Assembly: GCA_963711305.1 (NCBI GenBank)
Contig: CAVQDT010000008.1
Coordinates: forward strand, 512,446-576,445
DNA from: an uncultured Pseudomonadota bacterium
Lineage (GTDB): Bacteria > Myxococcota_A > Polyangia > Fen-1088
DNA: 64,000 nt
Reading direction: 5' to 3'
Position numbers and translations under genes: made by a program. This document shows, one piece after another, positions 1 through 11,962 of the stretch. Numbering within the stretch: position 1 is the stretch's first letter; each line of letters begins with the position of its first letter. The notes beneath the pieces were generated by a model that saw nothing but the letters and a program-made list of their open reading frames with translations, did not search any database and was not told the origin of the DNA.

Positions 1-282
<282 letters not shown>

Positions 283-330
283 CCGTTCAGTATATGCACG
301 CGCTAACCTGGCGCGCCACCCCGGGTTTCG

Positions 331-358
331 CTTGACGCCCCCACCCGGGTGTTTACTT
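331..358 (+). promoter_or_regulatory. Possible sigma-70-type promoter of dnaK
   Basis: TTGACG (331-336), 16-nt spacer, TACTTT (353-358), about 85 nt upstream of the dnaK ATG. Pattern match only. Confidence 0.2.
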
Positions 359-442
359 TGGGCGCCGTACGGCGGTCGGAAGTTAACCGTCGGAATTCAT
401 TTACAAAAAGAAAGAGCCGTCAGGGCGCGAAGGGAAACCCCA

Positions 443-2377
<1,935 letters not shown>

Positions 2378-2434
2378 CGAAACGCGCAGAAAGTCGCGCG
2401 CTCGACGTGGAATCGCGCGCTCGACGCGCTGAGA

Positions 2435-2476
2435 GAAGGCGCCGGCCCCGAAGGGGGTCCGGCGCCTTCGCTTTTT
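2435..2476 (+). terminator. Rho-independent terminator after dnaK
   Basis: GAAGGCGCCGGCCCC-GAAG-GGGGTCCGGCGCCTTC forms a near-perfect 15-bp GC stem and is followed by GCTTTTT. Confidence 0.75.
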
Positions 2477-2577
2477 CCCCTTTGCGATGCCGGTGAGACT
2501 GTTCTACGTTCCGGAACCCCTGAGCTTGCTTCCGACGAACGGGCGCAAGCGCTTCGGGAAGCGAAGGAGACCACCTC

Positions 2578-2955
2578 ATGGCAACCGTGCGTCCTGCTGC
2601 GCCCTTGGCTCTGTTGATCGGCGCGGCCCTCTGCGCGCTCTCGTGCGGCAGCAAGGGCATCGTCGATGAGGTCTGTCCGACCAGCCCGCAGAGGGCGGCG
2701 AACAGCGCGGCGATGACGGCGGCAGAGTTCTGCCAGGTGTACATGCAGACCTGCAAGGGCTCGAAGGCTCCTCCCGGCAGCTACATCACCGAGGCCGAGT
2801 GCGAGTCGGCGTATACCGGCCTGATGCTCGACTCCACACGCGAGTGCCGGTCGTACCACCTGTGCAACTCCGCCTCGTACGACACCGGCAACGGGCTCTT
2901 GCACTGCGGGCACGCCTTCGGCGTCAACCTGTGCATCGACACGGCGGGCCCGTGA
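2578..2955 (+). CDS. Small Cys-rich secreted protein or lipoprotein candidate, unknown function
   Basis: 125-aa ORF with a hydrophobic signal (LALLIGAALCALSCGSKG) and 8 further Cys. GC3 is high. A short hairpin (AGCGGG-A-CCCGCT) sits at its stop. Confidence 0.55.
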   Translation: MATVRPAAPLALLIGAALCALSCGSKGIVDEVCPTSPQRAANSAAMTAAEFCQVYMQTCKGSKAPPGSYITEAECESAYTGLMLDSTRECRSYHLCNSASYDTGNGLLHCGHAFGVNLCIDTAGP

Positions 2956-3006
2956 GCGGGACCCGCTAGCTCCTTTTACTCGTTGTCCATCTGCTGTCGG
3001 ACCGCC

Positions 3007-3056
3007 GGTGGAGCGGAGCTCGGTGGAGCGGAGCTCGGTGGAGCGGAGCTCGGTGG
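3007..3056. repeat. 15-bp tandem repeat GGTGGAGCGGAGCTC, 3.3 copies, intergenic
   Basis: Perfect copies at 3007-3021, 3022-3036 and 3037-3051, plus a partial GGTGG at 3052-3056. It lies between the 2578-2955 ORF and lgt. Confidence 0.9.
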
Positions 3057-3121
3057 GGCAGCCAGGGTTGGACGTCGGGTGGTTGACCCGGGCGGAGCCC
3101 CGGAATATCTAGAGAGGGCCC

Positions 3122-4234
3122 ATGCGCCCCATTCTGGTCAACATCCCGGCCAAGCTGCTCTTCGTCGCCGCCCTGGTACTGGCGGTCGCGGGCGTCGTGC
3201 GCGACCTCATCCGGCGGCGGCGCGACCCGACGCTGCCGCTCAGCTCGACGCCGCTCTACCTGCTGATCGGGGCCGAGATCCTGGTCAAGCTCAAGACCGG
3301 ATCGCTGATCCTCAGCCTGGCAGCTCTGCAGCAGCCCTGGACGCCGGTGCCGATCTACTCGTACGGCGTGATGTTGGGGACATCGCTGATGGTCGGCTGG
3401 CTTCTGGCGATGCGCCTCGCGAAGCAGGACGGCATCGGGCAGGAGGCGGCGGCGTCGATCTACATGTGGAGCGCGATCTGGTCGATCATCGGGTCGCGCG
3501 TGCTGTGGTGGATCACCACGCCCAACGTTCCGCTGCTCGAGATCATATTCATCAACCGCGGTGGATTGGTGGCGTACGGCGGCATGATCGGGGGCTTCCT
3601 CGCCAGCTGGTACGGCTGCCACAAGCGCGGCATTCCGCTCCTCCGCTGGGCCGACGTGGCCGCGCCGTCGGTGGTCCTGGGCACCGCGATCACGCGCGTG
3701 GGCTGCCTGCTGTTCGGCTGCGATTTCGGCCGGCGCTCGGACGTACCCTGGGCGATCTCGTTTCCGAAGGGGAGCCCCGCCTGGAACCATCACGTCGAGG
3801 ACTTCAGGCTCGCCAGGGACGCAGCCTGGTCGTATCCCGTGCACCCCACGCAGATCTACGAATCGCTGGTCGGGCTGTCTCTCTTCGCTCTGCTCATGCT
3901 CTTGCGCCGCTACCGCCGCTTCTCGGGGCAGGTGTTCCTCGGGTGGGTGTTCGGCTACGGCGTCTTGCGGTCGATCATCGAGATCTATCGCGACGACGAC
4001 GATCGCGGGCTCTACACCTTGCCGTTCACGCACCTGTCGCTGTCGACCTCGCAGATCATCGGCATCGTGTCGGTCGTTCTGGGCGTCGTGCTGCTGACGA
4101 ACCTCAGGCGCCGCTACCAGCGTGATCCGGCGGCGCTCCGGCTCTGGGAGCAGCCGGCGGTCGCGGGCGGCGCGCCGGAAGAGGCGGCGTCCTCCTCCTC
4201 GAAATCGGCTCCCAAGCGGCGGAAGCGTCGCTAG
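3122..4234 (+). CDS. lgt: Prolipoprotein diacylglyceryl transferase with a basic C-terminal extension
   Basis: 370-aa ORF carrying Lgt signatures: GGLVAYGGMIGGFLA, RVGCLLFGCDFGR, HPTQIYESL. Multiple TM segments. Intact. Confidence 0.9.
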   Translation: MRPILVNIPAKLLFVAALVLAVAGVVRDLIRRRRDPTLPLSSTPLYLLIGAEILVKLKTGSLILSLAALQQPWTPVPIYSYGVMLGTSLMVGWLLAMRLAKQDGIGQEAAASIYMWSAIWSIIGSRVLWWITTPNVPLLEIIFINRGGLVAYGGMIGGFLASWYGCHKRGIPLLRWADVAAPSVVLGTAITRVGCLLFGCDFGRRSDVPWAISFPKGSPAWNHHVEDFRLARDAAWSYPVHPTQIYESLVGLSLFALLMLLRRYRRFSGQVFLGWVFGYGVLRSIIEIYRDDDDRGLYTLPFTHLSLSTSQIIGIVSVVLGVVLLTNLRRRYQRDPAALRLWEQPAVAGGAPEEAASSSSKSAPKRRKRR

Positions 4235-5728
4235 TGGCGGCGCCCCTGTTCGCGCCGGTGCTCCTGCTGCTGGCGGCAGCGGGCGCCGACGCTCCCGCCG
4301 CTGCACCCGCCGCGCCGGATGCGACGACGCAGGGCCCGGCCGCGACTCGCCCGTGCCGGCCGCGACCCCGCCAGCGCCGCCGCAGCGACCCCTCCCGCAT
4401 CGCCGCCAGCGGCGGCGGCTCCCGCCCAGACCTCCGAGGAGACGCAGCAGGACCTCGAGGCCCGGCTGATCCAGCTGCAGCGCGAGCTCGACGGCTTGCA
4501 GAAGCAGCGCGCCGCCTGGGAGGACATGCGCCGCACGCTCGACGAGCTCGGCCCGCGCGTCGACGAGCTGTCGCGCCGGGTCGAGCAGCCGCCGGCCCAG
4601 TCGAGACCGTCGCCGCTGCGCAATCCGAGCGAGTCCAGCAGGTTCTTTCGCAACGGCGACGGCAGCAGCTGGCTTCGCCCCGAAGTGCGCCTGCAGGCCG
4701 GGTACGCCGGCACGCTGGTCCAGGAGGGGCCGGGCCAAAAATCGCCGCCCGACACCTCGACGTTCCTGATTCAACACGCCGAGCTGCAGTTCGAGGGCAA
4801 CCTGCTCCAGCGCCGCTTCGAGTACCGGCTGCTGTTCGACTTCGTCGATCCGCAGTACCTGAAGGACGCGTTCGTGCAGTGGCGTCACGGGAGCTGGATC
4901 GCCGTGCGCGTCGGCCAGTACAAGCTGCCGTTCGGTTTCCAGCGCTACCTGCGCAGCACGTACTACGACTTCGTCGATCTCAGCGAGACGATGACCGCGT
5001 TCAGCCTCGAGCGCGACATCGGCGTGATGGTGCTGGGGCGTCCGCTCGGCGGGCGGCTGCAATATCAGCTGGCGGTCACGAACGGCGCGGGCGCCGGCAA
5101 GTTGAACGAAAACCGCGATCTCGCCTACACCGCGCGCGTCGTCGCCGCGCCCTGGGGGCGCGCTGCCCGACTCGGAAGGCGACCTCGTCGGACAGCCGCG
5201 GCCGCTGGTGTCGATCGGCGCCGCCGGCTACTTCAACCTGATGCCGACCGACGTGCGTCGCGCGCACCGGCAACCCGCAGGCGAACACCGACCTCGACGA
5301 CAACGGGCGCGTCGACAACGTCGCGGTCTGGCAGGGCGGCGTCGAGCTGCGCGTGCACTTTCGCGGCGCGGCGCTGCAGGCCGAGCTGTTCCGCCGCCTC
5401 GAACATCCGGGAGCCGACGTGGCCGACCGGACCTTCAGGGGCGAGTACCTGCAGGCCAGCTACTTCGTGATCCCCCACTTCCTGGCGGTCGACGCGCGGG
5501 TCGAGCGGACCGACCTGCCGCTCTACGGCGACGACGCTGGCCCAGCGCAACGCCAGCGGCAGTCGCATCGACGGGCAGACCGCGGGCGTCAGCGCCTTCG
5601 TTCGCGGGCACGATCTCAAGCTCCAGGCCGACTACACCCACCTGCGCACCGAGGGCGTGGTGTTGCCGACGGGGATCTACTCTCCCGACAGCCATCGCCT
5701 GCGCGTGACCGCGCAGCTGATGTTCTGA
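4234..5728 (+). pseudogene. Phosphate-selective porin O/P-like outer-membrane protein, about 4 frame changes as sequenced
   Basis: GTG at 4234 overlaps the lgt stop (TAGTG) and opens a signal peptide MAAPLFAPVLLLLAAAGADA. There is a coiled-coil segment. The porin body (RFEYRLLFDF, VGQYKLPFGFQRY, ERDIGVMVLG) continues through frames 1,2,0,1,2 and ends QLMF-stop at 5728. Shifts lie near 4330-4400, 5154-5158 (a G5 run), about 5260 and about 5535. Confidence 0.7.
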
Positions 5729-5799
5729 TCACTGGCCGAGGCTCTTGAGTGGTATAAGGCAGGCCTTCTGTGCGTACTGCGGACCGAGGAGAATAGCCG

Positions 5800-6435
5800 A
5801 TGAGTCTCAAGCGTAGCCATTCGGGTGGAAAAAGCTCTTTCGGAGGCAGCGGCGGAGACGCGGGCGCCAAGGTCGATCGGCAGGAGCTGTTCGACGAGCT
5901 GAAGCGGCTGGCGGGCGCCAACGATTCGTTCACGCCGGTCGACGTCGCGCTGGCGATCGGCGCCGGCGAGCCACAGGTGTCGAAGTGCCTGCTCGGGCTC
6001 GCGGCCGAGGGCTACCTGGAAAAGGTCGAGGTCGGCCGTTACCGCGCGTCGCTGATGTCCGACATGGGCCAGGCCGAGTTCCTGAAGGCGTTCGCGCGCG
6101 CGTCCAAGGTCGATTCCACGCGGCAGCGCGATCTCTCGGAGATCGGCCGCCTCAAGCAGAACAACGATACGATGCGCCAGCGCCTGCTGGCCGCGATCGC
6201 CGAGCGCGATCACTACCTGGCGGTGCTCAAGACCCACGGCATCGATCCGGGGCCGCCTCCTGCGCCCGCGGTGCCCGCTGCGTCGGCGTCCGGAGAAGCG
6301 GCGCCCGGACCAGCCGGTCTGGCGGTTCCGTCGCCCGAGTCCGAGCGGCTGCCGTCGGGGCCGGGTGATTCGGGTGGGCATGGGAGCGAGTCGGCCGGCT
6401 CGTCGTCGCCGGCTCCGTCCGAGCACGGCCACTGA
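5800..6435 (+). CDS. Hypothetical winged-helix-like protein with coiled coil and Pro/Ser/Gly-rich tail
   Basis: 211-aa ORF with GAGGAG 9 nt upstream. The segment FTPVDVALAIGAGEPQVSKCLLGLAAEGYLEKVEVGRY looks like a MarR/wHTH recognition unit. A heptad-like stretch and a low-complexity C-terminus follow. Confidence 0.55.
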   Translation: MSLKRSHSGGKSSFGGSGGDAGAKVDRQELFDELKRLAGANDSFTPVDVALAIGAGEPQVSKCLLGLAAEGYLEKVEVGRYRASLMSDMGQAEFLKAFARASKVDSTRQRDLSEIGRLKQNNDTMRQRLLAAIAERDHYLAVLKTHGIDPGPPPAPAVPAASASGEAAPGPAGLAVPSPESERLPSGPGDSGGHGSESAGSSSPAPSEHGH

Positions 6436-6450
6436 GCGCGCGCGCGGGCG

Positions 6451-6939
6451 ATGCGCATCACGCTGATCCGTCACGGCGAAGCGGGAGAGGACGCCTCGCG
6501 CGACGAGGAGCGGTCGCTGACCAAGGGCGGGCGCGCCGAGGTCCGGCGCGTGGGCGAGGGGCTGGAGCGCGCGGGCGTGCACTTCGGGGCGGTGGTCACG
6601 AGCCCGCTGGTGCGCGCGGTGCAGACCGCGGAGATCACCGCGGCGGCCGTCGGCTACCGCGGGCGCGTGCTGGTCTCCGATAAGCTGATCCCCGACGCTT
6701 TCCCGGCCGGCGTGATGTCGCTGCTGGCGACGCTGGCCAGCGCCGGCAAGAAGTCGATCGCGCTGGTGGCGCACGAGCCGGTGCTGTCGCGCGTGGCGGC
6801 GATGCTGCTGCAGATCGGGCGCTTTCCGGCGCTGCGCAAGGCCGAGGCGATCCGCATCCGCCTGCCCGGCGGCGCCGAGCACCCCGGCACCTTTCGCTGG
6901 CGGATCGATCCCAAGACGGGGCGCCGTCGCCGACGATGA
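6451..6939 (+). CDS. sixA: Phosphohistidine phosphatase SixA
   Basis: 162 aa. N-terminal MRITLIRHGEA (RHG motif), SPLVRAVQTAE and a VAHEP motif. The size is typical of SixA. Confidence 0.8.
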   Translation: MRITLIRHGEAGEDASRDEERSLTKGGRAEVRRVGEGLERAGVHFGAVVTSPLVRAVQTAEITAAAVGYRGRVLVSDKLIPDAFPAGVMSLLATLASAGKKSIALVAHEPVLSRVAAMLLQIGRFPALRKAEAIRIRLPGGAEHPGTFRWRIDPKTGRRRRR

Positions 6940-8195
6940 CCGGGCGCTGGATGAAGCGACTAGCTCGTGTGCTGCTGGCCGGCGCGATCGCCGGGCTCGC
7001 CGCATGTGCACCTCGACGCCGCCGCCGGCGAAGCCGCAGATTCCGGATCGCCCGCTGGATCTGCAGCTGCCGCCGCCGGCGCCCGACGAAGCGACGATGG
7101 CGCGCCTGCCGGCGGACTGGGAGGCCGAGGCGGCGGCCGCCGCGATCAAGGTCGAGACCGGCCCGCTGCAGGGCCCGGGCAATTTCAACGAGCTCGACGG
7201 CGCCTTCATCTCGGCGTACGCGCGCAACCCGTACATCGTCGCCGACGGCGGCGACGCCGACCGCAAGCTCATCACGCGGCTGCCCGCCGACAAGGCGCGG
7301 CCGTTCATGGATGCGGGCAACCAGGCGTTCGGCGCCGGAAAGCTCGAGGAGGCGCTGCTCGACTACCGCAAGGTGATCGAGCGCGACCCGCTTTACGCCA
7401 AGGCGTACTTCTACGTCGCCGAGATCGAGAGCCAGCGGCGCGACATCGACGCCGCGACCTCGTGGAACGATCGCGGGCTGCGGCTGTCGCCGCGCGACGC
7501 TTACGGGCACGCGCTGCGCGCCGAGATCATTGCTGTCGCAGGGGCGCGAGGAGGTCGCGCGCCTGTCGCTCGCCTACGCGCTGGCGCTGGATCCGTTCGC
7601 GCCGCGCGCGCTCAAGCTGCTGCAGCGGATGGGCGGGCGCCCGCCGGGTATCGAGCCGCCGATCTTCGTGCAGATGCAGCGGCAGCCGGGCGCGCCGCCG
7701 GTGCTGGTCGCGCGCGGCGGCGGCAGCCCGGCCTGGCAGCGCTACGCCGTCTGCCGCGCGCTGCTGACCCACGACCAGCGGATCCGCGACGAATTCGTCC
7801 AGACGCAGGCACGCCGGGGCAGCGTGAGCGTCGAGTCCTGGGCCGAAGGGCAGCAGAGTCGCGGTGAATCCGTCCAGAGGAAGGCGCGACCGGTGCCGCC
7901 GGGTGCGCTGTCGCTGGCGGAAGAGACGACATGTGGCTACATCGCGACCGCGGTCTATCGCGGACTTCGCGGTGCCGGGCCGCGGGACGCGGATCTCGAG
8001 CGCTGGTCGCGCGCCTACGACGCGAATCTGCTACGAGAAGCGGTGATTTACGAGACGATCGGCTGCCGCCGGCCCGAGGTGCTGCCTCTGCTGGACGACG
8101 AGGCGCTCGCTCGCATGGTGGACTACGTGCGATTTTTCGTGCTGTCGCCCGCAGGCCCGCCGGCCGGGGTGTCCGCGACCACAACTAGGAAATAA
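6936..8195 (+). pseudogene. TPR-containing lipoprotein, 2 frame changes as sequenced
   Basis: ATG 6936 overlaps the sixA stop (ATGA). The lipoprotein signal MKRLARVLLAGAIAGLAAC is in frame 0. The body from 7004 is in frame 2 and has a TPR-like segment (NQAFGAGKLEEALLDYRKVIERDPLYAKAYFY). The C-terminal half from about 7535 is back in frame 0 and runs to the stop at 8195. Confidence 0.55.
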
Positions 8196-8230
8196 CAACG
8201 ATCGAGGGTTCCGGGTTAAGATAATAGGCC

Positions 8231-9193
8231 ATGGAATCAGGGGAGGGTCGCGGGGTACCAGACGACACCGGGACCCAGACGCAGCCGGCGATTCCGCCCG
8301 AGAGCGACCGCGAGCAGAGGCGGAATCGAGCCTACCTGGTCGTACTTGCCGGTGTCAGCGCCGGTGAGATGTTCAAGATCACCGCGGAAAAGACCGTGAT
8401 CGGCCGCGGCGCGCACGTGTCGCTGCGGATCACCGATGACGGCGTCTCGCGCGAGCACTGCCAGTTGCTGCGCGAGGGCGAGCGGATCGTTCTCGTCGAC
8501 ATGGGCTCGACCAACGGCACGTACTGCAACGGCGCGCGCGTCGATCGGCGCGAGCTGGTCGACGGCGACAAGATCATGGTCGGGTCGACCACGATCCTCA
8601 AGTTCACCTACCAGGACTATCTCGACGAGGTGTTCCAGCGCCAGATGTACGAGTCGGCGCTGCGCGACGGGCTGACCAAGGTCTTCAACCGCCGCTACTT
8701 CACCGACCACCTCGAGAAAGAGTTCGCGTACGCGCTGCGCCACGAGACGCCGCTGGCGCTGATCTTCACCGACATCGATCACTTCAAGTCGATCAACGAC
8801 AACCACGGCCACTCGGCGGGCGACTTCGTGCTGTCCGAGCTGTCGGCGATGCTGACCACGATGCTGCGCACCGAGGACGTGCTGGCGCGCTTCGGCGGCG
8901 AGGAGTTCACGATCCTCTGCCGCGGCACCGACCTCAGCGGCGTCAAGGTCGTCGCCGAGCGGCTGCGATCGGCGATCGAGCGCCGCGCGTTCGAGTTCGG
9001 CGGCACGCGCATCCCGGTCACGGTCAGCGTGGGGGTGACCGCGATCCCCGACTCGACGATCAAGGACGCGGCGGCGTTCCTGGCCGACGCCGACAAGGCG
9101 ATGTACGAGGCCAAGCGCTCGGGCCGCAACCGGGTCTGCGTGCGCACGCGCGACGAGATGACGCCGACGCCGCAGCAGCGCCGACGACGGTAG
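8231..9193 (+). CDS. FHA domain - GGDEF diguanylate cyclase
   Basis: 320 aa. The N-terminal FHA region has TVIGRG...SREHC...GSTNGT. The C-terminal GGDEF domain has RFGGEEF and the inhibitory-site-like RTED. Intact. Confidence 0.85.
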   Translation: MESGEGRGVPDDTGTQTQPAIPPESDREQRRNRAYLVVLAGVSAGEMFKITAEKTVIGRGAHVSLRITDDGVSREHCQLLREGERIVLVDMGSTNGTYCNGARVDRRELVDGDKIMVGSTTILKFTYQDYLDEVFQRQMYESALRDGLTKVFNRRYFTDHLEKEFAYALRHETPLALIFTDIDHFKSINDNHGHSAGDFVLSELSAMLTTMLRTEDVLARFGGEEFTILCRGTDLSGVKVVAERLRSAIERRAFEFGGTRIPVTVSVGVTAIPDSTIKDAAAFLADADKAMYEAKRSGRNRVCVRTRDEMTPTPQQRRRR

Positions 9194-9200
9194 CGTGCCG

Positions 9201-10402
9201 CTAGGCGCGCTGCGCCGGCAGCCGCGAGGCGAGCAGGCCGGCGCCGATCATGCCGAGCGCGCCCAGGTAGTACGGCGCGCTGGGGTTCAGCGCCTGGTAG
9301 AGCACGCCGCCCGCCGCCGGGCCGAGCACGCGCGCCAGCGCCGAGGCCGACTGCAGCGACCCGAGCGTGACCCCTTGCGACGTCGGCGCCGGCGCGCCGC
9401 GAGACGAACGCCGGCAGCGTGGGCGTGCAGAGGCCGTTGCCGAAGGCGATCAGGCCCGCCGACGCGTAGAGCCCGACCAGCGCGAAGCTCCCCATCTGCG
9501 GGCAAAAGCCGAGCAGGCCGAAGGCCAGCGCCTGAATGAACATCCCGTTGCGCAAGAGGGGCACGTCGCCGTAGCGGCGCGACAGCCGCCCGATCAGCCC
9601 GCCCTGAACCGTGGCGGCGACGATGCCGACCACGCCGAAGATCCGGCCGGTCTGCCAGTCGTTCATGCCGAAGCGGTCCTCGGTGAACAGCCGAAAGGTC
9701 TGCTCCATGCCGGCGAACCAGAAGACCATGCTGAAGTTGATCGCGATCGCCTGGCCCACGCCGGGCAGCGCGACGGAGGCGCGCAGTTGCCTGAAATCGA
9801 GCGGGCTCATCCGCCGCGTCGATTTGCCGCGCGCCTCGCGCGGCAGCGATTCGGGGAGGGTGACGAACGCGAAGATCAGGTTCACCAGCGACAGGCCGGC
9901 GGCCACGAACGCCGCCAGCGCGCCGGGCCGGCCGTGGATCAGCACGCGGCCGAGCGCGCCGCCCACGAACGGCCCGATGATGAAGCCGAGCCCGAAGCCC
10001 ATGCCGATGATGCCCATGCCGCGCGCGCGGCGCTCGGGCGGCGTGACGTCGGCGATGTACGCCTGCGCGACCGCGATGTTCGCGGTGGCGATGCCGCTCC
10101 AGAAGCGCGCGATGAACAGCAGCACCAGGCTCTGCGCCACGCCCAGCAGCGCCATGCCCGCCGGCGGTGGCGGCGATGCTCCAGAGCAGCACCGGCCGGC
10201 GGCCGACGCGATCCGACAGGCGGCCCCAGATCGGGATGAACAGGAACTGCATCAGCGAGTAGGCGACCGCCGGCAGCGTGGCGACGAAGTCGCTGGCGCC
10301 CAGGTGGCGCGCCACGCCGGGCAGGAACGGGATCACCAGGCCGAAGCCGAGCAGATCCAGAAACACCGTCAGGAACAGCGTGCCGAGGGAGGCCTTACGC
10401 AT
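9201..10402 (-). pseudogene. MFS transporter (tetracycline-resistance-like family), 2 frame changes as sequenced
   Basis: The N-terminus [29 protein letters not shown]...[14 protein letters not shown] carries MFS motif A. The middle part is in the 8779-10155 ORF frame. The last ~60 codons are in a third frame and end LPAQRA-stop at 9201. Frames by start coordinate mod 3 are 1,0,2. Confidence 0.8.
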
Positions 10403-10426
10403 CGTCGTTCCCCACCTTGGGGAGCG

Positions 10427-11940
10427 CTATCTATCGCACGGAACCGCCCGGGTCGCGCCAACCGATTCGCGCCGCCACCAGGCGCCGGTCGCGCGGCGCT
10501 CCGCGCGGGTCGTGAAGTGGTAGCGCCAGTAGACGATCCGCACCGCGTCGGGGTGCTCGGGCAGCGGCGCCCGGAACAGCGGAGCGACCGCCGAGGGATC
10601 GTTGCACAGCCGCTCGACCAGCATCGCGACGTACGAGGGCTCGCGGCGCTGGAACGCCAGCCCGTAGAACCAGAGCTGGAAGTCGACGCGCGGCTGGTGG
10701 GGCGCGACGAAGTCGGGCGCGCGCGAGCGGGTCGCCGGCCTTGTGGCGCAGGTCGTGGGCGGTCCAGCTTTGCTCGTCGTCGGTGCTGGTCTGGAATTCG
10801 GGCTCGATGCGCTCGCGCGTGATCGCCTGGAACAGGTGATAGGTGTTGATCGAGGCGGAACGGCTGCTCGGCTTCCAGTACCTTGCCGAAGACCGCCAGG
10901 CTCTCGCCGGCGTCGGTGAATTCGAACAGCCCTTGCAGCAGCGAGATGAAGATGAACGCCGCGGCGCCCGGCGCGCGCGGCCTTGGTCGCAGGGCGGGCG
11001 GCGGCCGGCGGGGCCGTGCTCGCGGCCGCGCGACGGCGCTCGAGCGCTTGCCGCAGAGCCGCGGGCAGCCGCCGCTCGAGGCGCGCGCTGCGCGCGCTCG
11101 ACGTCGCCGTCGTCGAGCAGGAAGACGTGCAGCGCGAGCGCGAGGTAGCAGAAGAACCCGTAGTTCGCGGTGGCGATGTTCAGGATCTGAAATCCGGTGA
11201 ACAGCGCCGCGGACAGCAGGCGCAGCCGCCGCGTGCCGAAGATCGCGAAGGGGACGACCAGCTCCAGCACCAGCACGGCGCGGCTCTCGAAGTGGTGCCA
11301 GGCGGCGGGCAGGTTGTGCGCCCACCAGCCGAGCGAAGGTCGGCAGCGGCGCGGTCTCGTAGTAGAACGTCATCGCGCTGCCGTCGTGCCAGTCGCGGAT
11401 CGGCGACTGCCACTTCGCGATCCCGGACTCGAAGTAGAGCTTGAACAGCACCAGCCGGAACAGGAAGTGGACGAGCGGCGACGCGCGGCCGGGCGGCAGG
11501 AAGCTCGCGAGCAGGCCGCACTCGAGCAGCAGGTTGTCCCACTGGAACGACAGGAACGTGCGGCACGCGGTGGCGTAGCTGAGGTAGAGCGCGGTCGACA
11601 GCGCGAAGCAGAGCCGCGGCCGCACGCCGGCGAGCGCCGCGATCGCGAGCAGCGCGCCGACGACGGTGCCGCCGACCAGCGCGGCGTCGCCGTGCACCCA
11701 CCAGAACACCGTCGGGAAGTCGACGAACGAGACGTCGCCGCGCGCGCGGATCGCGTCGATGAAATCGGCGAGCGGCATCAGGCCGCGCGTGCCGATCAGG
11801 AGGCGGACCTGGCGGCCGAGCGAGATCCAGGCGATGAGGAAGATCAGCGCCAGCAGGCGGCCGTAGAGATCGCCGACGCGCGCGCCCGGGATCGGCGCGG
11901 GCGGATTCTCGGGCGGCGGAGGTGGCGCGGCGGCAGTCAC
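10427..11940 (-). pseudogene. Lipase maturation factor (LMF1)-like integral membrane protein, about 5 frame changes as sequenced
   Basis: FLSFQWDNLLLECGLLASFL and FESGIAKWQSPIRDWHDGSAMTFYYETAPLP resemble LMF1-family motifs. Later segments (LVLELVVPFAIFG, AAFIFISLLQGLFEF, INTYHLFQAITRERIEPEF, FQLWFYGLAF, VYWRYHFT) lie in successive frames 0,2,1,0,2,1. Confidence 0.65.
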
Positions 11941-11962
11941 GCGTGGTCGTCTTCTGCGCGGC

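Noticed and set aside
332-442. 37-codon N-terminal extension of the dnaK ORF
   Set aside because: The universally conserved DnaK N-terminus [14 protein letters not shown] begins at ATG 443, and the extension has no homolog-like sequence.
2966-5062. 698-aa minus-strand ORF spanning lgt and the porin region
   Set aside because: The translation is Arg/Ala/Pro/Gly-rich with no recognisable motifs. It is antisense to genes with clear family signatures (lgt, porin). This is a typical shadow ORF in about 70% GC DNA.
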